The notes under the pieces were generated by a model. The model did no database searches and had not been told where the DNA came from. It worked only from the letters and a program-made list of their open reading frames with translations. This document shows, piece by piece, positions 19,698 to 28,766 of a stretch of 64,000 bases of DNA (positions are counted from its first letter, which is position 1; each line of letters starts with the position of its first letter). Origin of the DNA: Chitinophaga pinensis (GTDB lineage: Bacteria; Bacteroidota; Bacteroidia; NS11-12g; UBA955); contig CAMBXL010000004.1 of the NCBI GenBank assembly GCA_945871905.1, positions 132,095 through 196,094 on the forward strand. Direction: 5' to 3'. The position numbers and the translations under genes are program-made.

Positions 19698-20237
19698 TTA
19701 TTGGTATTTCCGTTTGACAGTTTTAAGAATAGAGAGCATGTCTGTTTTCCATTTAGCAAAATGATTAAATCGGCTCGACATGTATTCAATTAATTGTAAG
19801 TCGGTAGGTGTTTTTTTGAATTTTTCGAAATAAGATTTTTCTATCATCTCCATATAAATTTTAAAATCAAGTAAACATTCAAACCAATTTCTGTAAATAG
19901 AATAGTTGGTATTTGTTTTTCCGATAGCGTAAGTTTTTCTATTCCTAGGAAACCTCATACCACATAAGTTAAAGTGAGTGGTAGATAACCAACTATAATG
20001 TCTATCATTTCCACTTTCCTCAATCTTAATTGCCAAAAACATATGCGCACGACTTCCAATAAACTCTTTGGCAACCTTAAACAGTGTATCTGTTGAAGGG
20101 ACCCTGCTTAAACTTACATAATCGATTAAGTTACTATCTCTCGATATTCCGTCAACATTTAGTAAAAAGCTACTCGACTTTAACCAATGCAATTGAAAGA
20201 CCATAACCAATAATATGATAGTTTTTAGATTAATCAA
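19698..20237 (-). CDS. Secreted glucosaminidase domain protein (GH73 family, peptidoglycan hydrolase-like).
   Basis: Signal peptide. AIKIEESG...NLCGMRF resembles the GH73 catalytic region (A.ESGWG...NLFGIK). Confidence 0.5.
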   Translation of the reverse strand: MINLKTIILLVMVFQLHWLKSSSFLLNVDGISRDSNLIDYVSLSRVPSTDTLFKVAKEFIGSRAHMFLAIKIEESGNDRHYSWLSTTHFNLCGMRFPRNRKTYAIGKTNTNYSIYRNWFECLLDFKIYMEMIEKSYFEKFKKTPTDLQLIEYMSSRFNHFAKWKTDMLSILKTVKRKYQ

Positions 20238-20334
20238 ATTAATAACAAAGATATTTTAACTCATACTATGTTTATTAACAATTTATTGTCAGCCTTTTTT
20301 ATTCCAAATATTTCAATAATTTTGTATTCCATTT

Positions 20335-22812
20335 ATGTTTTGTAAAAAATTTGTTTTCATCTCTGTTTTCCTGCTTAATGGTTTACTTACTAATCATTTA
20401 TTTTCCCAAAATTTTACAATATCAGGTTTTGTGACAAATGAACAAACAGGTGATATAATAGTAGGTGCATACGTCTTTTGTCCACAAATTGGGGTGGGTG
20501 CCATCACTAATAATTACGGCTATTACGCCCTAAATATTCCCTACGGAACCAAAAACATCATGTATGTCCATGAAGATTATCAAGGCATTATAGATACCTT
20601 AGTCGTCAATAGAAACAAAACAATCAACAGGTCATTGTTACTTTTAGAAGAAGACATGAATCAAATTGACCCTTTTGACAATCCTACCTCTGACACTGAA
20701 TTTGAAACATCTGAAAATGAGAATGACACGTTTAAGGTCAAGCGAATTGTAATTAAAAATTCAGAATCTATCAATGCATTAATTCAAAAAGTTTTAGAAA
20801 CTAATTTCAAAACGATTGACCGCACAGAAAATGGTTTTATAAATATATCGGGGCAACAAATAAACAGTATGCCCTCTTTAGGGGGTGAAATTGATGTGAC
20901 TCGTTCTGTAAAATTTTTACCTGGTGTAATGCCCGGAACAGAACTCAACAATGGCATGTATATACGAGGAGGTAGTCAAGATCAAAATTTGGTGTTGATG
21001 GATGGTGTTCCTGTTTATAACATGAACCACTTGTATGGTTTTTATTCTATTTTCAACTCTGAAACAGTAAACAGTATTAACGTTACCAAAAGTGGCTTTT
21101 CTGCCAAAAATGGTGGTCGTTTATCTGGCATTACAGATGTAGTAACAAAAGAAGGAAATACAGACAGAGTTAGAGGAATATACTTAAATAGTTTGGTGGC
21201 TTTAACACTTGATGTATATGGCCCATTGAGTAAAGATGGAAGAACAACCTTTGCTATTTCAGGGAAACGTTCTCATTGGGATTTATTCACCCGTGGGTTT
21301 TCTGGTGATTCTAATAAAATATGGTTTACTTTTTATGACTTTAACACCAAAATAAGTCATCGTTTTAATGAAAGAAGCAAACTAATTGTGAGTTTTTATA
21401 GTGGTAGAGACCGTTTGTACACACTAAACCAATCTACCGAGGATAACAATGGAACTAGGGTTTACAACCGATTTGATATTGACCTAAGATGGGGAAATTT
21501 AATTGGTTCTGTTAAATGGAATAGAACCCACAATCAAAAATTGTTTTCAAGTTTATCGTTCAATTACAGTCAATATGAGGCAAACTTTGGTTTAAGTATT
21601 ATTTCGGTTATTGATAGTTTAATGTTTAACGACAAAGCCGAATTTCAATATAAATACCGCAATTTCATTAGAGACATCAACCCAAAATGGGATTTTGAAT
21701 ACACATTGGATAAAAAGAATACCATCCATTTTGGTGCCTCAGCTTCCTTGAAACAGTTTTTGCCAAGCAGAGATGAAATTAATTATTATTTTAATGATAT
21801 TTTAGAACGACAAACGATTGATGGATTTGAACGAAGTATTAGAAATTTTGAATTAGCAGCCTATGCTGAAGACCATATCAATGTTGACCAAAATACTAAA
21901 ATGTCGGTTGGAATGCGTTTGGTTAATTATGTCTACAATTCAAAGGTTTTTATAATGCCTGAACCTCGTTTGTCATATAACAAAAAAATTCAAAATAAAT
22001 ACTCCATTAAAGCCAGTTATTCAATGATGCATCAACCCTTGCACATGATGGCAAACAATTTAAATTCGGTATTCACCGACCGTTGGTTGCCAGCAACTGA
22101 CCGTATTAAACCACAAAGGTCACAACAAATCTCTCTTGGAATAGCACAAGCATTTAGAAACAATGTGGAACTAACCTTTGACGGATACTACAAATGGCTT
22201 GACAGAGTTTTAGAAACCAAAGAGGGATTAAGCTCTTCTGGTTCTGTTGCAACTGCAAAAAATTGGGAAGATGAAGTAATTTTAGGAACAGGATGGTGTT
22301 ATGGATTTGAAGGGATGTTGCACAAAAGAAAGGGAAATACAAGCGGTTGGATTGGTTATAATTTATCTTGGGCCAAAAGAAACACTCCGGGTGTAAACAA
22401 TGGCAATGATTATTACTTCCAATTTGACAGACGCCATTATATTAACATTGTTCTTCAACATCGCATCGATGATTATTATAAATTTAACATCAACATGGTT
22501 TTCTCAACAGGCAATGTTCAGTCCATTCCAACAGGCAAATACATTGGAAATAACGGTAGAATCATTTATGAATATACCGAAAGAAATAATTTCCGTTTAC
22601 CTTTCACTCTCCGATTTGACATTGGTTTAGACAAAATAAAATCTGACGATATTTTCAATGAATCTGGCTTTAGATTCTCTATTTACAATGTTATGGCTCG
22701 AAACAATCCTGTTTTCATCTACATAGACAATCAAGATGTAACTCAACCAGTGGCCAAACAAAGAAGCTATTTAATGTTTATTCCGGGTCTTACTTATTAT
22801 ATCAAATTTTAA
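20335..22812 (+). CDS. TonB-dependent receptor with an N-terminal carboxypeptidase-regulatory-like domain.
   Basis: Signal peptide, a CarbopepD_reg-like stretch (FTISGFVTNEQTGDIIVGAYVF), a plug region and a long beta-barrel ending in an aromatic residue (YIKF). 825 aa. Confidence 0.8.
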   Translation: MFCKKFVFISVFLLNGLLTNHLFSQNFTISGFVTNEQTGDIIVGAYVFCPQIGVGAITNNYGYYALNIPYGTKNIMYVHEDYQGIIDTLVVNRNKTINRSLLLLEEDMNQIDPFDNPTSDTEFETSENENDTFKVKRIVIKNSESINALIQKVLETNFKTIDRTENGFINISGQQINSMPSLGGEIDVTRSVKFLPGVMPGTELNNGMYIRGGSQDQNLVLMDGVPVYNMNHLYGFYSIFNSETVNSINVTKSGFSAKNGGRLSGITDVVTKEGNTDRVRGIYLNSLVALTLDVYGPLSKDGRTTFAISGKRSHWDLFTRGFSGDSNKIWFTFYDFNTKISHRFNERSKLIVSFYSGRDRLYTLNQSTEDNNGTRVYNRFDIDLRWGNLIGSVKWNRTHNQKLFSSLSFNYSQYEANFGLSIISVIDSLMFNDKAEFQYKYRNFIRDINPKWDFEYTLDKKNTIHFGASASLKQFLPSRDEINYYFNDILERQTIDGFERSIRNFELAAYAEDHINVDQNTKMSVGMRLVNYVYNSKVFIMPEPRLSYNKKIQNKYSIKASYSMMHQPLHMMANNLNSVFTDRWLPATDRIKPQRSQQISLGIAQAFRNNVELTFDGYYKWLDRVLETKEGLSSSGSVATAKNWEDEVILGTGWCYGFEGMLHKRKGNTSGWIGYNLSWAKRNTPGVNNGNDYYFQFDRRHYINIVLQHRIDDYYKFNINMVFSTGNVQSIPTGKYIGNNGRIIYEYTERNNFRLPFTLRFDIGLDKIKSDDIFNESGFRFSIYNVMARNNPVFIYIDNQDVTQPVAKQRSYLMFIPGLTYYIKF

Positions 22813-22816
22813 AAAA

Positions 22817-23677
22817 ATGAAAACCGTTTATTTCAAAACAACTTTATTTATACTAATTTCCTTGTTTGTAACATCTTGTGAAAAGGAAGTAGAACTGAAC
22901 TTGCCTCCCTACAAATCAAAAATTGTACTAATTGGCGAATTCAATAATTTCGAAACCATGTCTGTAAATGTGGGAAGAAGTATTCCTGTATTAACGCCTG
23001 TTGACACAACAGGATTTGCCTTAGAAAATGTTACAATCAAATTTTATGAGGGAAATACTCTTTTAGGTAATGGCAGTTTTTTCAATAATCAATATGTATT
23101 TAACTGGAGACCTGAGGCTGGCAAAACCTATACTATTGAAGCTTCACACCCAGATTTCACTTCAGTAAAAGCTACTGTCAAAATGCCAAATGCTGTTGCT
23201 TTTTCAAGTTCTTACAAAGATTCAATAGGTATCGATGCTGAAGGATTAAACATTGGGGAAATAACATTGAATATCAATGACAATAGAGCTGAAAAAAATT
23301 ATTACCAATTGCTTATTAGATATTATAATGCGTCAATTAATGAGTGGTTTCCTTTCGATTTTTCATCCAATGATATTGTTTTTCTTAACAACGAAAAATA
23401 TGACGATGGTAGTTATTTATTTGGTGACAAAACGTTCAACGGAACTCTAAAAACAATTAAGCTTAACGTCCCTTTTGGTTTGGCAATGGGAACCCCAAAA
23501 TTTGAAATTTCACTCAAAAGTATAGATGCTGTTTATTACGAATATATTCAAAAAACAAGTAGGGACGATCAAAACCTTAGTCAAGCTTTCTTAAATCCTG
23601 TTATTCTGAATTCTAACGTGGAAAACGGACTGGGATTTGTTGCAGGGGTTTTAAACCGCAGGGATACGATCAGATAA
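22817..23677 (+). CDS. DUF4249 family lipoprotein (the usual partner of this TonB-dependent receptor class).
   Basis: Lipobox LFVTSCEKE. ~285 aa. It lies immediately downstream of the TBDR, the conserved Bacteroidota gene pair. Confidence 0.6.
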   Translation: MKTVYFKTTLFILISLFVTSCEKEVELNLPPYKSKIVLIGEFNNFETMSVNVGRSIPVLTPVDTTGFALENVTIKFYEGNTLLGNGSFFNNQYVFNWRPEAGKTYTIEASHPDFTSVKATVKMPNAVAFSSSYKDSIGIDAEGLNIGEITLNINDNRAEKNYYQLLIRYYNASINEWFPFDFSSNDIVFLNNEKYDDGSYLFGDKTFNGTLKTIKLNVPFGLAMGTPKFEISLKSIDAVYYEYIQKTSRDDQNLSQAFLNPVILNSNVENGLGFVAGVLNRRDTIR

Positions 23678-23733
23678 ATGTCATTTTTTAAAAAATACAT
23701 ACTTAAATCACTAAAATTTCATTTTACAATCGC

Positions 23734-24753
23734 ATGAAATTTAACTTAACTTTGTTGATGATTTTAATCTGTGGTTCACTAACGGCTCAAGTTGGAGGCA
23801 AAGGAACGTATTCTTTTTTAAATATTCCCGTTTCTGCCAGAACTTTAGCTTTAGGTAGTAATTTTATTTCTTCTGATTATAATAATGATCCAAATTTAGC
23901 TTGGAATAATCCATCGATACTAAACCCTAAAATGCACCAACATGTTTCTGTTTCTTATCATAACTATGTAGCAGATATCAATTCAGGATTTTTTACTTAC
24001 GCTAGACATTTCAAAAACAAAGGAACCTTTAGTGTAGGTGTCAATTATTTGAGTATGGGCAAATTTGATGGTTACGACCCTGCAGGTATTTCTACAGGCA
24101 CTTTTACTGCAAACGACCAATGTTTCTATTTAGCCTATGGAAATCAACATAAAAAATGGAGTTATGGAGCCTCGTTAAAATACATCTATTCCATCTATGA
24201 AAGCTTTGTAAGTAGTGGAGTTTCTTCCGACCTCTCTGGAAGTTACAACGATACTAGCCGAAATTTAACTGTGACTTTATTTGGCAGAAATTTAGGCTAT
24301 CAAGTTATTCCATACAGCAACACAGACCGAGATTTATTGAAATCAGAATTGGCTATCTCTATTTCCAAAAAATTAGAACATTTGCCCTTTACCTATCACA
24401 TTGTTTTGCATAATTTACAATCCCCTGACTTTAGATATAATATTGAAAACACAGGTGTTAAAAATGAATTTGGCGAAAACAAAGTACAAACCATGACAAT
24501 GGGTGATAATATTTTAAGACATTTTGTTTTGGGTGGTGAACTTAATTTTTCCAAACATTTTGTATTCCGCTTTGGTTACGACCACATGAAAAGAAGAGAA
24601 TTAACTCAAGAACAAAGGAAAGGTACAAGCGGTTTCGGTTGGGGATTGGGAATTAAAATTAAGAAGTTCCATTTTTCTTACGGTAGCTCAACATTCTTCC
24701 CCGGAATTAATGCCAATCAATTTAGCTTAATGACCAATTTGTCTGAATTTTAA
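23734..24753 (+). CDS. PorQ-like outer-membrane beta-barrel protein (T9SS-associated family).
   Basis: Signal peptide then GGKGTYSFLNIPVSARTLALGSNFIS, reminiscent of the PorQ N-terminal motif. ~340 aa. Confidence 0.45.
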   Translation: MKFNLTLLMILICGSLTAQVGGKGTYSFLNIPVSARTLALGSNFISSDYNNDPNLAWNNPSILNPKMHQHVSVSYHNYVADINSGFFTYARHFKNKGTFSVGVNYLSMGKFDGYDPAGISTGTFTANDQCFYLAYGNQHKKWSYGASLKYIYSIYESFVSSGVSSDLSGSYNDTSRNLTVTLFGRNLGYQVIPYSNTDRDLLKSELAISISKKLEHLPFTYHIVLHNLQSPDFRYNIENTGVKNEFGENKVQTMTMGDNILRHFVLGGELNFSKHFVFRFGYDHMKRRELTQEQRKGTSGFGWGLGIKIKKFHFSYGSSTFFPGINANQFSLMTNLSEF

Positions 24754-24761
24754 GCTATGAA

Positions 24762-26527
24762 ATGGTAAAATTAAAATTCATATTAGCCTTAATTTTATTC
24801 ATTTTTATAGCTGATGCGTGCAAAAGACCAAGTAAATTAGACACTATTGTTGAAGATTTTGATGTTAATGAACTAAGGTCTGTAATAGAACTTGAACTTA
24901 AAAAAATTCCTACCCAATACAAATTTAAAGACACATTGATTGACTTTTATAGTCAAAATGAGTATTACCCGTTGTGGTTAGAGAAAATTAATGATTCGTT
25001 GTTTCGAGATACTTTAAATTAAATTGCAGAAGATTTGGTTTATGATGGCTTATTGAAAAAACATTACCATTTTCAAGTTGCACTTAAGCTTATTGACAGC
25101 TTTCAATCTAAGAAAACACCCTACGAAACTTTAGCCAAAATTGAAATTGCCATCAGCTCTTCTCTTATACAACTTTGGCACGACAAAGTATTGGGCAGAA
25201 CAAATCCTCAATTAATCTTTGGCAACAAATATACACTTCCCTATCCCAATCAACCTTTGTTTAATTTAATGAGTGTTTTGGATACTTTCAATGGTCTAAA
25301 TACAGTGTTAAACTATGTTCCGAATGATTACAATTATATCAACTTAAAAAATTTAATTAAGACCCAATATGTGAATATTTCTGGCGTTGAAACTCAAATA
25401 AACCCGAATGGTATAGGTAAAATCTCTTTGGGCGATTCTTCTCCATTAATACCTTCATTATTTAAACGATTAAAAGAATTGGAGTTCCTTTCGGATACCC
25501 TTCAACAAGAGAATGACAGTTTAAAATACACTCAAACACTCAAAAATGCATTGGTTGAATTTCAAAAACACATCAACATTAGTGATGACGGCGTAATAGG
25601 ATTAACACAACCATTAAAGCACTCAACTTTTCAAGAAATGAGAAACTTGATGAAATAAGGGCTAATTTAGAAAGAATAAGATGGATAGGTCAAAAGCCAA
25701 AACCACCTTACATTGAAGTTAATTTGCCTGAGTTTATGTTGTATATGCAAGATACTGCTGAGTTGAATGGAATGAAAATCTGCATTGGAAAAGGTAAAGA
25801 GAAAAATTACGAACAAAAAAAGATGGCATTTGAATTAAGTGGTCGCTATATTGACAAACCGCTCAATCATGAAACCCCTCAGATATATTCAAATGTAGAA
25901 TGGGTTATATTAAATCCCACTTGGACTGTTCCTTCTAGTATTGTAGGGCGCGAAATGTATACCCAAATCATAAGAGACCCCGGATATTTGGTTCGCAACA
26001 ACTACCAAGTATATTCTAATGAAAAATTAATTGACCCCTATTCAATCAATTGGCGCAAATACAAACCCGGAAATATTCCTTTTAAAATCAGACAAAGTGC
26101 TGGAGATGACAATGCATTAGGTAAAATTAAATTTACTTTCAAAAACGATTTCAGTATTTACATGCACGACACCCCGCTCAAAAGTAAGTTCAATCAGAAT
26201 AACAGAGCTGTGAGTCACGGTTGTGTTAGGTTAGAAAAACCAACTGAATTGGCAGAGTTTTTACTAAAATACAATAAGAAAAACACAAGTGATGATTTTT
26301 TAATCATGATTGGGCAATCACCCAAAGACAGCTTAAGAGCTTTAGAATGGGAGAAAGACAGTTTAAAAAATGATAAAATCATCAAAAAAACACATTCAAT
26401 AAGGGTTGAAAACAGACCAATAGTATGGTTCAACTACCGAACCATCATTTTTGAAAATGGCAAGGCTAGATATTTATTTGATTTATACGATAAAAATAGA
26501 CTTGTTGTTGATGAAATGAACAAATAA
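24762..26527 (+). pseudogene. L,D-transpeptidase (YcbB/LdtD-like, with a peptidoglycan-binding domain and a YkuD catalytic domain), disrupted by an in-frame TAA at 25020-25022 and a +/-1 frameshift near 25630-25650.
   Basis: Three consecutive ORFs (24762-25022, 25035-25658, 25724-26527) together make up one ~585-aa protein: a signal peptide, a PG_binding-like segment (LKNALVEFQKHINISDDGVIGLTQ) and a YkuD domain with the catalytic SHGCVRL. The second and third pieces begin with TTG only. Frame 2 upstream of 25724 reads ...KLDEIRANLERIRWIGQKPKPPYIEVNLPEF, continuous with the third piece. Confidence 0.6.
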
Positions 26528-26684
26528 AAAAAACAACATAGCTGATACTTTAATATTAGAACCCACATCAAACCATTGATTGAATAGGTATATTGATACA
26601 GGTTCAAATTTAAAAAACTAACTGTCAATAGATTATTTTAAAAAATTTTAATAATTGTGATAAAGCGATTATTATTGTAGTCAT

Positions 26685-28451
26685 ATGTCAAACAAAGAAT
26701 CTTGGGGCTCGCGTGTTGGTTTAATCCTTGCAATGGCGGGAAATGCGGTGGGCTTAGGTAACTTTTTACGTTTTCCTGTTCAGGCCATTCAAAATGGTGG
26801 AGGTGCATTTATTATTCCTTATTTGGTTTGTTTTTTATTAATGGGCTTGCCCTTGTTATACGTTGAATGGGCTATGGGCAGATTTGGAGGTAAAAGTAAA
26901 AACCACTCCACCCCATTTATTCTTGATAGTATGGACAAAAGAAAAATGTGGAAATACATTGGTGTATTTGGTATTTTCACTAATATCGCTGTTGCCGCCT
27001 ACTATTGTTATTTAGAAAGTTGGACATTGAGTTATGTATGGCATTCAATTAAAGGAAGTTTTGTAGGAAAAGACCAAATAGAAGTTGCTCAATTTTTCGG
27101 AAACTATATTTCACTAACCACCATAGAACCTATCATTTTTTGGATAATTTGTTTACTATTTAACACATGGATTTTGAGCAAAGGCCTAAGCGGTGGTGTT
27201 GAAAAAACTGCTAAAATTGGTATGCCATTATTGATTTTATTTGGTATAATCTTAGCCATTAAAGGAGTAACCCTTCAAGGTGGTGAGAATGGGGCTATCA
27301 ATGACGGAACAATTGGTTTAAATTACTTGTGGACCCCCGATTTTTCATCCATTTGGAATTTCAAAGTATGGTTAGCCGCTGCAGGTCAAATATTCTTTAC
27401 TCTTTCTTTAGGGATGGGAAGTATTCATTGCTATGCTTCTTATATCAATGAGCGCGATGACATTGCATTAAATTCACAGACGGCAGGATGGATGAATGAA
27501 TTTGTTGAAGTGGTTTTGGGTAGCTCAATATTAATTCCAATTGCAATTGGTTATTTAGGGGTTGACCAAGTGGTAGAAATGACAAAAACAGGCGGATTAG
27601 GATTAGGATTTAAAACATTACCATACTTGTTTCAACAATGGGGACCAATATTTAGTGTGTTAGCAGGTGTTATGTGGTTTGGATTGCTGTTTTTTGCAGG
27701 CATTACCTCTTCATTGGCAATGGGCACTCCGTGGATGGCTTTTTTAGAAGATGAGTTTGGTTGGAATAGAACAAAAGCAGCGTGGTCGTTTGGTCTTGTT
27801 GTTTTTGTTTTAGGACTTCCCACTGTTTTGTTCTTCAACCAAGGTGTATTTGATGAATATGACTATTGGGCAGGAACCGTTTCTCTTGTAGTTTTTGCAT
27901 TAATTGAAATCATCTTGTTTTCATGGATTTTCGGTATTGACAAAGGATGGAGAGAAATAAATTTAGGATCGGATATTAAAGTCCCTTTGGCTTATAAATT
28001 TATCATTAAATACATTACTCCTGTTATTTTATCTGTCGTGTTTTTTGGTTCATTGCCTACCATTTGGAATGTTATTAATCACACTGAAGTAAAAACAGAA
28101 ATTGCTTATGCAAATAATCCAAGCTCACTATTAACTGAAATTGAGCAAATTAAACAAGATAAACTTCAACTTGTGTCAGATTCAATTGTGAATTTTGGTC
28201 AAGAAATTATGAATAATAAAACACTTACAAAAGACCAAAAAGCTGATATCTTTGCTGTAAGAAATAAACGCTCTACTTATGAAAAATACAGTTCAGAGGA
28301 TTTCAACAAACAAGCATTCATAAACGAACAAGAAAAAATAATGAAATTCAAAAACATCTCACGACCTTTTTTACTTGTTGTTTTTGCCTTAATTACCTTT
28401 ATGGTTCACCTTGCTAACAAAAAAAGAAAATTAAAAGCCTCAAATTCTTAA
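26685..28451 (+). CDS. Sodium-dependent transporter, neurotransmitter:sodium symporter (NSS/SNF) family.
   Basis: The N-terminus WGSRVGLILAMAGNAVGLGNFLRFP is the NSS TM1 signature. ~12 TM helices and a long hydrophilic C-terminal tail. Confidence 0.85.
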   Translation: MSNKESWGSRVGLILAMAGNAVGLGNFLRFPVQAIQNGGGAFIIPYLVCFLLMGLPLLYVEWAMGRFGGKSKNHSTPFILDSMDKRKMWKYIGVFGIFTNIAVAAYYCYLESWTLSYVWHSIKGSFVGKDQIEVAQFFGNYISLTTIEPIIFWIICLLFNTWILSKGLSGGVEKTAKIGMPLLILFGIILAIKGVTLQGGENGAINDGTIGLNYLWTPDFSSIWNFKVWLAAAGQIFFTLSLGMGSIHCYASYINERDDIALNSQTAGWMNEFVEVVLGSSILIPIAIGYLGVDQVVEMTKTGGLGLGFKTLPYLFQQWGPIFSVLAGVMWFGLLFFAGITSSLAMGTPWMAFLEDEFGWNRTKAAWSFGLVVFVLGLPTVLFFNQGVFDEYDYWAGTVSLVVFALIEIILFSWIFGIDKGWREINLGSDIKVPLAYKFIIKYITPVILSVVFFGSLPTIWNVINHTEVKTEIAYANNPSSLLTEIEQIKQDKLQLVSDSIVNFGQEIMNNKTLTKDQKADIFAVRNKRSTYEKYSSEDFNKQAFINEQEKIMKFKNISRPFLLVVFALITFMVHLANKKRKLKASNS

Positions 28452-28469
28452 TATTAATACCTAAATAAA

Positions 28470-28604
28470 ATGAATACTAGCGCATTAGCCATGATGATTA
28501 TTTCCATTGGAACTGTTACCTTTATGACTATTTATTACTTTGTTAAAGTGTTAAGAACTCCTGTTAAAAACCCTGAAAAACACAGTTACTCTGAAACAAA
28601 TTAA
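28470..28604 (+). CDS. Small single-TM protein (44 aa), not in the ORF track. A possible NSS accessory subunit.
   Basis: ATG at 28470. Translation is MNTSALAMMIISIGTVTFMTIYYFVKVLRTPVKNPEKHSYSETN*. It lies 18 nt after the NSS stop on the same strand. Confidence 0.4.
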   Translation: MNTSALAMMIISIGTVTFMTIYYFVKVLRTPVKNPEKHSYSETN

Positions 28605-28610
28605 TTCAAA

Positions 28611-28766
28611 ATGAAAGATTCCTTAAATCAAGTTACCGTAGGTCAATTTAAAACCAGTTTGATTCTCTCTGAAATTATTATTACAGCGATCGTTCTGTAT
28701 GGTTTCTTTTTAATCTTTAACAGATTCAACAAAAAGAACATTGAATTTAAAAAAAAATCAAACTAA
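28611..28766 (+). CDS. Small single-TM protein (51 aa), not in the ORF track.
   Basis: ATG at 28611. Translation is MKDSLNQVTVGQFKTSLILSEIIITAIVLYGFFLIFNRFNKKNIEFKKKSN*. It lies 6 nt after the previous small ORF, and its stop overlaps the convergent tamB stop. Confidence 0.35.
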   Translation: MKDSLNQVTVGQFKTSLILSEIIITAIVLYGFFLIFNRFNKKNIEFKKKSN

